Source: Planctomycetota bacterium (GTDB taxonomy: Bacteria > Planctomycetota > B15-G4). Taken from it: a DNA stretch of 64,000 bases. A program made the translations under genes and the position numbers. Under the pieces are notes generated by a model. It was not told where the DNA came from and did not search any database. It saw only the letters and a list, made by a program, of their open reading frames with translations. Each line of letters starts with the position of its first letter. The first letter of the stretch is position 1. Location: positions 4,736,001 to 4,800,000 of the forward strand of contig CBDFJQ010000002.1 in NCBI GenBank assembly GCA_965248575.1, given 5' to 3'. Of the stretch, positions 49,000 to 57,892 are shown one piece after another.

Positions 49000-49827
49000 T
49001 CAGTTCCGCCAGCTTGAGCGCGCGCGCCACTCCCCGGGCGAGAGACCCGTGGCGCGCCGGAACACGCGCCCGAAGTGGCTCTGGTCGCTGAATCCCAGGG
49101 AGGTTGCGATGTCCACCAGGCTGCGTCGGCCTTCGGCGAGGGCCGTCATGGCGGCATGCACACGCAGCTGCCGACGGTACTCGCCCACGGAGCAGCCGAA
49201 GCACTCCCGGAAGCGCTTGGCGAGGTAGACGGGGTGCACGTCCACGGCCTGGGCCAACTCGTCAAGGGATGGGTTGTGGGCGACGTTGTCCTGGAGCAGC
49301 TCCCGCACGCGCCGGTGCCAGGGCAGCATGCGCACGCGCTGCGACCGCCGGTGGGTCATGGAGAACTCGATCAGCAGGTTGATGCTCCATTCGCGCCCGC
49401 TGCCCAGGGACTCCAGCTGCGTGCCGCCCGCCAGGTCGAGATTGGCGCGGCGCCCCAGGTGGTGCAGTCGCAGGTCGCGCACCATGGTCGGCTCGGCGCA
49501 AGGGCCGCAGCTGTCCTCAAAGGCCTCCCAGATGTCGTCGTCCAGCTCCACGTTCAAGCAAAGCAGGTTTTGCGGGCCGAAGGTGTCGTCGTGCTCGATG
49601 CCCGGGGGCTTCAGCAGCAGGTCGGTGGGCTCGCAGTGCGCCTCGCCGCCGTCCCAGCGTTCGGTGTACGCGCCAGCCAAGGCGATGCACACATTGGCCT
49701 TGGGGTGTACGTGGCGGGGCGTCGTCCACCCTGCGGGGTACTCCGCCCGATTCAGCCGCGTCCCCTGCACGCTGCCCTCGTGATGGCGATGGCCCAGCTG
49801 GCCGCAGGGTAGGTGAGGTGTGGTCAT
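49000..49827 (-). CDS. AraC-family regulator with cupin N-domain
   Basis: 'PRHVH', 'LDELAQAVDVHPVYLAKRFR', 'GFSDQSHFGRVFRR.TG.SP'. Confidence 0.9.
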   Translation of the reverse strand: MTTPHLPCGQLGHRHHEGSVQGTRLNRAEYPAGWTTPRHVHPKANVCIALAGAYTERWDGGEAHCEPTDLLLKPPGIEHDDTFGPQNLLCLNVELDDDIWEAFEDSCGPCAEPTMVRDLRLHHLGRRANLDLAGGTQLESLGSGREWSINLLIEFSMTHRRSQRVRMLPWHRRVRELLQDNVAHNPSLDELAQAVDVHPVYLAKRFRECFGCSVGEYRRQLRVHAAMTALAEGRRSLVDIATSLGFSDQSHFGRVFRRATGLSPGEWRARSSWRN

Positions 49828-49957
49828 GGGCTGTGTCGCGCCGGGAAGGAATCCGCCCAGGCGAGGGTTCGTGGTGGCGGGCGGGGTCGAGTGGTCCACC
49901 ATCCTTGCCCGTGGAATCTCACGCACAAGGGACGATTCTGCGGCTGCCAGATAGGGC

Positions 49958-49987
49958 TTGACAGATATTTAGCATGTAGGCTAAATT
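49958..49987 (+). promoter_or_regulatory. sigma70-type promoter overlapped by an ArsR-type inverted repeat
   Basis: TTGACA-18 bp-TAAATT. ATTTAGC-N6-GCTAAAT at 49967-49986. ATG is 7 nt after the -10 element and has no RBS. Confidence 0.75.
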
Positions 49988-49993
49988 TCGGTC

Positions 49994-50329
49994 ATGAGCC
50001 CAACCCAACCAAAAACAGTGATCTGCAGCTACCAGGTGAAGCCCGGCCAGGAAGCTGAGTTCGAGAAGCTCCTCTCCGTGCATTGGAAGGCCTTGCATGG
50101 CGCGGGGCTGACCACCGACGCGCCGCCTCAAATCTTCCGAGGGCGGGCTTCCGAAAAGCCCGGGGGCGATCACGGCGCCACGGGACGCTACATCGAGATC
50201 TTCCAGTGGATCGACGGGGCCGCGCCCGGCGTCGCACACCAAACCCCCGAGATCATGGCGGTCTGGGAGCCCATGGGGGCGATGTGCAGCGCCATGGACT
50301 TCCCGCACTTCGACAGCATCAAGCCCTAG
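49994..50329 (+). CDS. ABM-like dimeric alpha/beta barrel protein
   Basis: 'YQVKPGQEAEFEKLL..HW', 'YIEIFQW...AH..PE..AVW'. Confidence 0.7.
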   Translation: MSPTQPKTVICSYQVKPGQEAEFEKLLSVHWKALHGAGLTTDAPPQIFRGRASEKPGGDHGATGRYIEIFQWIDGAAPGVAHQTPEIMAVWEPMGAMCSAMDFPHFDSIKP

Positions 50330-50335
50330 GTCCGG

Positions 50336-50641
50336 GTGAGTGCTGCACGCTCAACGTCAGCGGCACGACGCCTAGCGGATGTGGAGGCGGTCTTCGCTGC
50401 TCTCGCGCACCCGTCCCGCCGGCAGATCCTGTTCGTGCTCCACTATCGAGGGGGCGAGATGATGGCGGGGGACATCGCGGAACGCTTCGCCTGCTCCTGG
50501 CCCACCACCACGCGCCACCTCGGTGTGCTGCGGGACTCGGGGCTGATTGAGGTGGAGCGGGAGGGGCGTCACCGCCTCTATCGGCTTCGCGGCGATTTCT
50601 TGACGACCATTCTGGGGGAGTGGCTGGGCCACTTCGAGTGA
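50336..50641 (+). CDS. ArsR/SmtB-family regulator
   Basis: 'VFAALAHPSRRQIL...AGDIAERF..SWPTTTRHL.VL..SGL...REGR.R.Y'. Confidence 0.92.
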   Translation: MSAARSTSAARRLADVEAVFAALAHPSRRQILFVLHYRGGEMMAGDIAERFACSWPTTTRHLGVLRDSGLIEVEREGRHRLYRLRGDFLTTILGEWLGHFE

Positions 50642-50729
50642 GGCACTCTGGGCCGGAAGCGAGGGCCACGGAAGAGTGAATTCGATTGCACCCTGGGCGG
50701 CACAGGAGCGCTCAGCTGGAGTCCGTGGG

Positions 50730-51560
50730 CTACAGCCGCCCGCTGCAGACCTTGCAGAAGGTCGCGTCCGCGTCGTGCCCTTCACTCGAGCAGTCGGGGC
50801 AGACCTGCGTGGAGACGCTCGTGCGCTTCGCCGAGGCCCACTCGGCTGAGATGATCCCACCGGGGATGATCAGGATGCTGTAGCCCAGGAGCATGACCAC
50901 CGCGGCCACCAGCTTGCCGACCGGCGTGATGGGCGAGATGTCGCCGTAGCCCACCGTGGTCACTGTCACCACCGCCCAATAGATGCCTTGCGGGATGGAG
51001 GTGAAGCCGCTCCCCTCGCCCTCGATCAGGTACATCGCCGAGCCGACGATGCAGATGATGATCAGCACCGCCGTGAAGAACACGATGATCTTGGGCCGGC
51101 TGGACGCGAGAGCACGCCGCAGTTGCGCGGCCTCCGACAGGAACTGCGCCAGCTTGAAGACGCGGAACACGCGCAGCAGCCGCAGCGAGCGCACCACCGC
51201 TCCGTGTCGCCAGCCGATGTCCACCAGCAACAGGTAGCTGGGCAGGATGGCCAGGAAGTCCACGATGCCGAAGAAGCTGAAGACGTAACCGAGCTTGCGC
51301 CGCACGCACAGCAAGCGCAGCACATACTCGACGGTGAACAGCCCGGTGAACACCCACTCGGCGCCCACCAGCAGGGCCTCGTGCTTCACGCGAACCGCCG
51401 TCACGCTTTCGAGCATGGCCACCAGCACGCTCAGCACGATGACGATCAGCAGCACCACGTCGAACAGCTTCCCCGCGGGCGTCTCCGCCTCGAAGATGAC
51501 GGAGTGCAACCGATGCCGCCAGGGGGCCAGGTTGTCGTCGGGTGATGTCGCCGCGGTCAT
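50730..51560 (-). CDS. 6-TM voltage-gated-type potassium channel
   Basis: S4 'RSLRLLRVFRVFK', selectivity filter TTVGYGD, C-terminal CxxC...CxxC. Confidence 0.93.
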   Translation of the reverse strand: MTAATSPDDNLAPWRHRLHSVIFEAETPAGKLFDVVLLIVIVLSVLVAMLESVTAVRVKHEALLVGAEWVFTGLFTVEYVLRLLCVRRKLGYVFSFFGIVDFLAILPSYLLLVDIGWRHGAVVRSLRLLRVFRVFKLAQFLSEAAQLRRALASSRPKIIVFFTAVLIIICIVGSAMYLIEGEGSGFTSIPQGIYWAVVTVTTVGYGDISPITPVGKLVAAVVMLLGYSILIIPGGIISAEWASAKRTSVSTQVCPDCSSEGHDADATFCKVCSGRL

Positions 51561-51639
51561 GGAGCGCGATGGTAGCGCGGCGCGGGGGCAGGTTCGACTG
51601 CCGGAGCACCCGGCACCGGGTTGCAGGCACTTCGTGCGA

Positions 51640-52050
51640 TCAGGGCGTCGCCGCCGTCACCGCGTTGGACAGCGTGATCCCGTGCACCGTCGAGAGGTCC
51701 TGCGCCAGGAATTGCAGCCATAAATCGACGCCTGACGGGAGGCCCGCTGGCCACACGAGCGACTGACTCCAGGTGCCTTCACCGTCGGTGAAGCGCAGGA
51801 ACTGCGAGTTGGGCGGGAACGCGTGGATCGTGCCGCCAAAGTAGGCCGTCGGCAGTGAGCTGAAGGAGAGCCACGCGAGCATCGTCGCGAAGGGCGCTGC
51901 GTGCTCGAGACCCAGCGACAGCGTCTCGCCCGCCTGCAGCGAACCCTTGGGAGTCAGTACGGGCACGCCGCGCAGGCCGGCCACACCGCCGTGCAGGTTC
52001 GTCCAGGCCGTCGGCTTCTGGCTGAGGAGGGTGGCGAGCTCGTCATTCAT
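51640..52050 (-). pseudogene. orphan copy of the conserved CTD
   Basis: 'WTNLHGGVAGLRGVP...WLSFSS.P..FGGTIHAFPP...WPAGLP...QFLAQD...TLSNAVTAATP' closely matches the CTDs at 30939 and 41272. No signal peptide. A possible ATG lies at 52050. Confidence 0.7.
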
Positions 52051-52488
52051 GAAGAACACCTGCCTCCTGCCGGCGAGAGCAGCACCGTGGAGAGGGGCGG
52101 GGTCCATGTGGAGTTCTTGAGGCTGGCGCACGGCGGGCGTTTCCAGGGCATCCAAAACCTGGGGCACATCATCACGCTCGGAGGGCAACGGGTGTTGCAC
52201 CTGGGGGATGCGGCGACCCGCCTGGAGAACTATGAGCCTTACGCCCTGAGCGAGCGTTCGCTGGACGTAGCCTTGGTGCCCTACTGGTTCTTCCTGGAAG
52301 CCGGTGGTCGACAATTGGTGGACGAGCATCTCCACGCACGGCACATCATCGCCTGTCATATCCCCGCAGCGGACCGGGATGAGGTCGCAGAGCAACTGGC
52401 GAAGACCGATCCGCGGGTGATCGTTCCGAGGTCGCCTTCGGAGCAGGGCTTGGAGTCTTGGACGATCGCTCCGTCAACGGCGCGTTGA
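52020..52488 (+). pseudogene. C-terminal half of an MBL-fold metallo-hydrolase
   Basis: 'VEFLRLAH...NLGHII...RVLHLGDA...DVALVPYW...IIACHIP'. The N-terminal HxHxDH half is absent. Confidence 0.65.
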
Positions 52489-52739
52489 CTGAAGGATGGG
52501 TGACTGCGTCCGGCTTCAACTGCGCGCTTGTTGGCTGCGCACAGAACGGGTGTTCCCGGAACATCGGTTCACGAACCATGACGTGGAGTGCTGCGGTGAA
52601 CTGCGCGAATCGGTTTCAGTTCCAACCTTGCAGCGTCGCAGTGATGTCTTAGGCTCCTGGGGCATCTCCGGGCAGAGGTGCAGGTCGTCGTCACCCCGAT
52701 CGATGGCCAGTCGTCATTCCTTGGAGGAGGTTTGCGAAC

Positions 52740-55700
52740 ATGCGTGGGATCCATTGCGTCGTTGCGTCGTTGGGCATCGTCTTGCTCATGGCCAGTACAA
52801 CCTTGGGACAATCCCAGGGGGCTACAGCACCTGGTCTTCGTCCGGTTCAAGGCAGCGCTGTTACGCCGGGCCCGTCTCAAGCGGCGCCGGTCCACGACAT
52901 GTCGTGGTACCCGCACGAGATTCGCCCGCCATTCCTCGGCGAACTCTACGAGCACGAGGACACGCTCGACGTCGTCTACGCGGGTTCGGCGACCTTCACC
53001 ATCGGCGACCCACCGCGCATCCCATCGGCGCTGCGAAAGCCCGTCGACCTCGAGCAGTTCGAGCCGGGATATTTCATCCTGCACTTCGAGGCGGACCTTC
53101 GCCCCCAAGACAAGGGCCACGTGGATGAGCTGACCGGTCGCGTGACCCGCACCGACGGCACGAGCCTCGCTCGTTGGTATCTCCCCAACAACGCGGTCAT
53201 CGCCTGGGTGGACACGCCCGAGCTTCTCGACCGCCTCGACAATGAGAACCACATCGACTGGGTGGGGCGCTATGAGCCCGCTTACAAACTGGACCCGTCC
53301 ATGGGGTCCGCGCAGTTGACGAGCCCGCACCGAGTGGGCCGCCACGTGTGGCAGTTGAACATCGACATCATTCCGGGCCATCGGTTCGAAGCGATCGAGA
53401 CGGAGCTCGCGATCCTCGGCGTGAGCGTGCTGCAGCGCGTCGATCTGCGCGGTGCTCGCACTCATGACCAGCAGTTCCTGGTGGTCGCCGCCAGCTCTCG
53501 CCAGATCACGGCCATCGCAGGTATCGAGGGCGTGCGCATGATCCAGGAGAGCGGCGACGGCCCTGCACTGTATGACCTCAGCGGTGGCGGCAAGCTCCAG
53601 AACCGCCAGCTTGCGGTGGACGATGGGGCGGATTCACCCATCGTCGCCGCTAGCACCTTCCCCTTGTGGCTGACCCACAACCTCCAGGGGCAAGGGCAGG
53701 TGATCGGCGTGGTGGACACCTCCTTCGACTGGAACAACAGCGGGACAGCCGGGTGCGCGACGGGCTACCCCGACATCGCCATCGACAACTACGGCATGGC
53801 CCTGCCCAACCTATCTCGCGTGGCGATCCCCGCCGTGGGATCTGGCGGAGTCAACCTGAAGATCCCGCGTGCCGACCTGCTGGGCGGCGCCACCTTGCAG
53901 GGCAGCTCTGCTGGCGAGCACGGTGCAGGCGTCGCGGGGGCGGCGCTGGCCGACTTCTACGGCAACAACGACGTCAAGTGGTGGGAGCACGACCCCGACA
54001 CCTGGGACTCCTGGGCCCCGACGAACTACTCCGGGCTGTTGGGCCCTGGCCTCGCCCACGAGGCACAGCTCTATGCGACGCCCGCCTTGGACAGCAATGG
54101 CGGCTTCCGTTGGGAGAGCCCCGGCGAGTTCCCAACGAACATGAGCATCACGCTCAACAACATGGCTGCCGCTGGGGTCTCCACCTCCGCTCACAGCCTG
54201 GGCATCGTCGAGTCCGCGAACACCTACACGCAGACGTCCGTGGCGCATGACACGGCGGCTTTCGACAACCCGGACATGCTGCAGTTCATTGCAGCGGGAA
54301 ATGATGGTGCCGGCAGCAACAAGCTCTCCTCGCAGGCCGTGGTCAAGAACGGCATGACCGTGGGCGCGAGCGATGACGTGCTGAAGCCCGAGGACCGGGC
54401 CACCTTCTCCAGCACCGGGCCGCGTTTTGACGGTGGTCTCAAGCCCGACATCATGGCGCCCGGCACAGACACGTTCGGCCGGGCCGGTGGTGTGCAGTCG
54501 TTGCTGATCCTGCCGCAAAGCAACGGGACGTCGAGTGCGTCCTGCAGCTACCAGTACACGAGCGGCACGAGCTTCAGCGCACCCACCGCCGCGGGCGCAG
54601 GTGCCCTGGTGCATCAGTACTACGAGGAAGGGCGCTACCTCGGCTTCAATCCTCTCAACGATGCCTCGGCCGCGCTCATCAAGGCCACGCTCGTGAATGC
54701 GGGCCACCGCCTCACGGGGGCCAACCTCGGCAACGGCAACTACCCCAATGACTACCAGGGTTGGGGTGAGCCCAACCTGAGCGAGGTGCTCGATTTCGGC
54801 CTCGGGACCCGCCACCTCATCGCGCAGGACGTGCCCAGCGCGGCAGGTTTCACCTCGGGCGGCGATTCGAATGACGTCTGGGCCTTCAACGTGAACGGCT
54901 CGGGTGACGGCCTCAAGGTCTCGCTGGCCTGGACCGACGAACCGGGCAGTACCGGCAGCGGCAAGAAGTTGATCAACGACCTGCACCTGCTGGTGACCAG
55001 CCCGGGTGGGACGGTCTACCGCGGCAACGTCATCAACGGCAGCACCGGCCTCTCGACCAGCGGTGGAACGGCAGACACGCTCAACAACCTTGAGAACGTG
55101 ATCCTGTCGGCGCCTGCAACCGGCGCTTGGACGGCCACCATCGATCCTGGCTCCGGCAACTACTCAGTGCCTCAAGGTTACGCGCTCGTGATCACGGGCA
55201 ACGTCTCGGAGGGCACGCCTCCGTCAGCGCCGGTGGCTGACTTCTCGGGTGCTCCCACGAGCGGTGAGGCTCCGGTACTGGTCAGCTTCACCGATCTCTC
55301 GAGCGGGACCGTCTCGAGCTGGTCGTGGAACTTTGGCGATGGTGGTACGTCGACGGCGCAGAACCCGACGCATACCTACACCTCTGCGGGAACCTACAAC
55401 GTCTCCCTGACGGCGACGGGTCCTGGCGGTTCGGACGGCGTGACCAAGAACGGCTACGTCAACGTGACAGCGCCTCCGGTGGCGCCGGTGGCCGAGTTCA
55501 GTGGTTCGCCCACCAGCGGTACCTCACCCCTGAATGTGAGCTTCGCCGACCTGTCGACGGGATCCGTGTCGAGCTGGTCCTGGACCTTCGGGGACGGAGG
55601 CACGTCCACGGCTCAGAATCCGTCACACACCTACAACACGGCAGGCAGCTACACCGTGACTCTCACGGCGACGGGGCCAGGTGGATCGGACGGCGAGACC

Positions 55701-57284
55701 AAGGTCGGGTACATCTCCGTCAGTGCTCCCCCTGTGCCGCCCACGGCTGAGTTCAGTGGCTCACCGACCAGTGGCAACACGCCGCTCAACGTGAGCTTCA
55801 GTGACCTGTCGAGCGGTGATGTGACGGGCTGGTCGTGGACCTTTGGCGATGGAGGCAGCTCGACGGCGCAGAATCCGGCGCACACCTACACGGTGGCGGG
55901 CACCTATGACGTGACCCTCACCGCGACCGGGCCAGCGGGTTCGGACGGCGAGACCAAGCTCGGCTACATCACGGTGGGTTCGCCGCCCGCCGGCCCCACG
56001 GCAGAGTTCAGCGGCACACCCACGAGTGGCGACTCCCCACTGCTGGTGAGCTTCAGTGACCTGTCCACGGGCTCCGTGACGAGTTGGTCGTGGACGTTTG
56101 GTGATGGGGGAACGTCGACGGCGCAGAACCCCTCGTACACCTACACCTCGGCGGGTAGCTACTCCGTGACCCTCACGGCAACAGGCCCCGGAGGTTCCGA
56201 TGGAGAGACCAAGAGCGGCTACGTCACCGTGACGGCGCCACCCGTGGCTCCCACAGCGGAGTTCAGCGGCACCCCGACCAGCGGGACGAGCCCGTTGTTG
56301 GTCAACTTCACCGACCTGTCGTCGGGCGATGTGACGAGCTGGTCGTGGACCTTTGGAGATGGAGGGACGTCGACGGCGCAGAATCCATCGCACACCTACA
56401 CCGCCGCAGGCACCTACAACGTGTCGCTCACGGCCAGCGGGCCTGCCGGCTCTGATGGAGAGACGAAGACGGGATACGTCGTCGTGAGCGACCCGCCCAC
56501 CGGGGGCGCGCTCTGGTACATGTCCTTCACCTCAGGAACTTCGGTCCCCGGGGTGGGGAATGTGGCTGACGAGGACGTGGTCACCTACGACCCGGCGACG
56601 GGGGTCTGGGCTCGGATCTTCGACGGCAGCGATGTGGGCGTCACGCAAGACGTCAACGCCTTGCACGTCTTGTCCGATGGTTCCTTGCTGCTCTCCTTCA
56701 ACGCGGCCATCAGCATCCCCGGTCTCGTGGGCGGGCCCAGTGGCGAGAGCGTCGATGACAGCGACCTCGTGATCTTTACCTTCACCCAATCGGGCAACAA
56801 CACCGCCGGTTCCTTCCAGTTCGTCTTCGACGGCAGCGACGTCGGCATGACGAGCAATGGAGAGGACATCGACGGTGTGTACGAGTTCCCGGAAGGTGGG
56901 CTGGCCATCTCCACGCAGGGCAGCGCCGGAGTCACGGGTTTGTCGGGCGTGCGGGACGAGGACGTCATGCTGTTCACGGCGACCCAGTACGGGTCGACGA
57001 CAATCGGCTCGTTCTCGGCGATGTTCGACGGCAGCGATGTCGGTTTCAACAACAGCGGCGGTGAGGACCTGTCGGCCGTGACCTTTGACAGCGCGCTGGA
57101 CCTGCTGTTCTCGACCGTAGGCTCCTGGTCCGCCTCGGGCGGCTCCGGCGCCGATGAAGATGTCGGAAGGTTCAGCGGCACCTATGGCACGAGCACCTCG
57201 GGTTCGGCATCGCTGGAGCTGGATCTCTCAGCCTTGGGAATCTCCACCAACGAGGACATCGATGGCTTGCACTTCCGCGAGTAG
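52740..57284 (+). CDS. secreted subtilisin-like S8 peptidase with 5 PKD domains and a C-terminal FDGSDVG-repeat domain
   Basis: GGAGGAGG RBS. Triad GVVDT / EHGAGVAG / SGTSFSAP, AAGND, 'KPDIMAPG'. Five 'P.AxFSG.PTSG...WSWxFGDG..STAQNP.HTY' domains. Confidence 0.93.
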   Translation: MRGIHCVVASLGIVLLMASTTLGQSQGATAPGLRPVQGSAVTPGPSQAAPVHDMSWYPHEIRPPFLGELYEHEDTLDVVYAGSATFTIGDPPRIPSALRKPVDLEQFEPGYFILHFEADLRPQDKGHVDELTGRVTRTDGTSLARWYLPNNAVIAWVDTPELLDRLDNENHIDWVGRYEPAYKLDPSMGSAQLTSPHRVGRHVWQLNIDIIPGHRFEAIETELAILGVSVLQRVDLRGARTHDQQFLVVAASSRQITAIAGIEGVRMIQESGDGPALYDLSGGGKLQNRQLAVDDGADSPIVAASTFPLWLTHNLQGQGQVIGVVDTSFDWNNSGTAGCATGYPDIAIDNYGMALPNLSRVAIPAVGSGGVNLKIPRADLLGGATLQGSSAGEHGAGVAGAALADFYGNNDVKWWEHDPDTWDSWAPTNYSGLLGPGLAHEAQLYATPALDSNGGFRWESPGEFPTNMSITLNNMAAAGVSTSAHSLGIVESANTYTQTSVAHDTAAFDNPDMLQFIAAGNDGAGSNKLSSQAVVKNGMTVGASDDVLKPEDRATFSSTGPRFDGGLKPDIMAPGTDTFGRAGGVQSLLILPQSNGTSSASCSYQYTSGTSFSAPTAAGAGALVHQYYEEGRYLGFNPLNDASAALIKATLVNAGHRLTGANLGNGNYPNDYQGWGEPNLSEVLDFGLGTRHLIAQDVPSAAGFTSGGDSNDVWAFNVNGSGDGLKVSLAWTDEPGSTGSGKKLINDLHLLVTSPGGTVYRGNVINGSTGLSTSGGTADTLNNLENVILSAPATGAWTATIDPGSGNYSVPQGYALVITGNVSEGTPPSAPVADFSGAPTSGEAPVLVSFTDLSSGTVSSWSWNFGDGGTSTAQNPTHTYTSAGTYNVSLTATGPGGSDGVTKNGYVNVTAPPVAPVAEFSGSPTSGTSPLNVSFADLSTGSVSSWSWTFGDGGTSTAQNPSHTYNTAGSYTVTLTATGPGGSDGETKVGYISVSAPPVPPTAEFSGSPTSGNTPLNVSFSDLSSGDVTGWSWTFGDGGSSTAQNPAHTYTVAGTYDVTLTATGPAGSDGETKLGYITVGSPPAGPTAEFSGTPTSGDSPLLVSFSDLSTGSVTSWSWTFGDGGTSTAQNPSYTYTSAGSYSVTLTATGPGGSDGETKSGYVTVTAPPVAPTAEFSGTPTSGTSPLLVNFTDLSSGDVTSWSWTFGDGGTSTAQNPSHTYTAAGTYNVSLTASGPAGSDGETKTGYVVVSDPPTGGALWYMSFTSGTSVPGVGNVADEDVVTYDPATGVWARIFDGSDVGVTQDVNALHVLSDGSLLLSFNAAISIPGLVGGPSGESVDDSDLVIFTFTQSGNNTAGSFQFVFDGSDVGMTSNGEDIDGVYEFPEGGLAISTQGSAGVTGLSGVRDEDVMLFTATQYGSTTIGSFSAMFDGSDVGFNNSGGEDLSAVTFDSALDLLFSTVGSWSASGGSGADEDVGRFSGTYGTSTSGSASLELDLSALGISTNEDIDGLHFRE
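55228..56490 (+). repeat. five ~258-bp PKD-domain tandem repeats
   Basis: Recurrent DNA 'tggtcgtggacctttggcgatgg...tcgacggcgcagaa' and the matching protein repeats. Confidence 0.9.
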
Positions 57285-57309
57285 AGCCTGAGCAATTCCC
57301 GGAGTTCGT

Positions 57310-57343
57310 CTCGGGGCGGTCACTTTCGGGTGGCCGCCCCGAG
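57310..57343 (+). terminator. strong hairpin after the S8 gene
   Basis: CTCGGGGCGGTCAC-tTTCGg-GTGGCCGCCCCGAG. No U-tract. Confidence 0.6.
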
Positions 57344-57378
57344 TGCGTATCGTCCTGCCTCCTCCCAGGAGTCACCCC

Positions 57379-57777
57379 ATGAACAACGTCGAGCGTGTGC
57401 AGGGCATCTACGAGGCCTTCGGCCGGGGTGACATCCCCGCAGTGCTCGCCGCCCTGGCGGCGGATGTCTCCTGGAGCGAGGCAGAGGGCAACCCCTACCA
57501 GCCCACGGGTGCGCCCTGGGTCGGCCCCGAGCAAGTGATGGAGCGTCTCTTCGTGAGGCTGGGCAGCGAGTGGGACGGCTTCTCGGCGAAGGTCGAGCAG
57601 CTGCACGATGCGGGGCAGACCGTCGTCGCCGAGGGGCGCTACACGGGCACCTTCCTGGCCACGGGCCAGGCGCTGGATGCTCAGATGTGCCATGCCTGGA
57701 CCTTCCGGGACGGGAAGGTCACCCGCTTCCAACAGTATCTGGACACAGCGCAGATGTGCGCCGCCATGCAGGGCTGA
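57379..57777 (+). CDS. SnoaL/NTF2-like protein
   Basis: 'YEAFGRGDIPAVLA', 'DAG.TVV.EGRY', 'HAWTFRDGKVTRFQQY.DT'. AGGAG RBS. Confidence 0.9.
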   Translation: MNNVERVQGIYEAFGRGDIPAVLAALAADVSWSEAEGNPYQPTGAPWVGPEQVMERLFVRLGSEWDGFSAKVEQLHDAGQTVVAEGRYTGTFLATGQALDAQMCHAWTFRDGKVTRFQQYLDTAQMCAAMQG

Positions 57778-57892
57778 GGCCGACTCCCGAGAAGCGGGGG
57801 GCGCGGGCCGAGGGGCATCCCGGCTAGAATGTCGCGCCCTTGGGGGGCGCCATGGGTCATCGGCCCAGCCCCTCCTGACCTCGGAGCTCTGC

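Noticed and set aside
52551..52563. Palindrome TGTTCC-C-GGAACA upstream of the S8 protease
   Set aside because: Single short occurrence with no linked regulator; could be chance.
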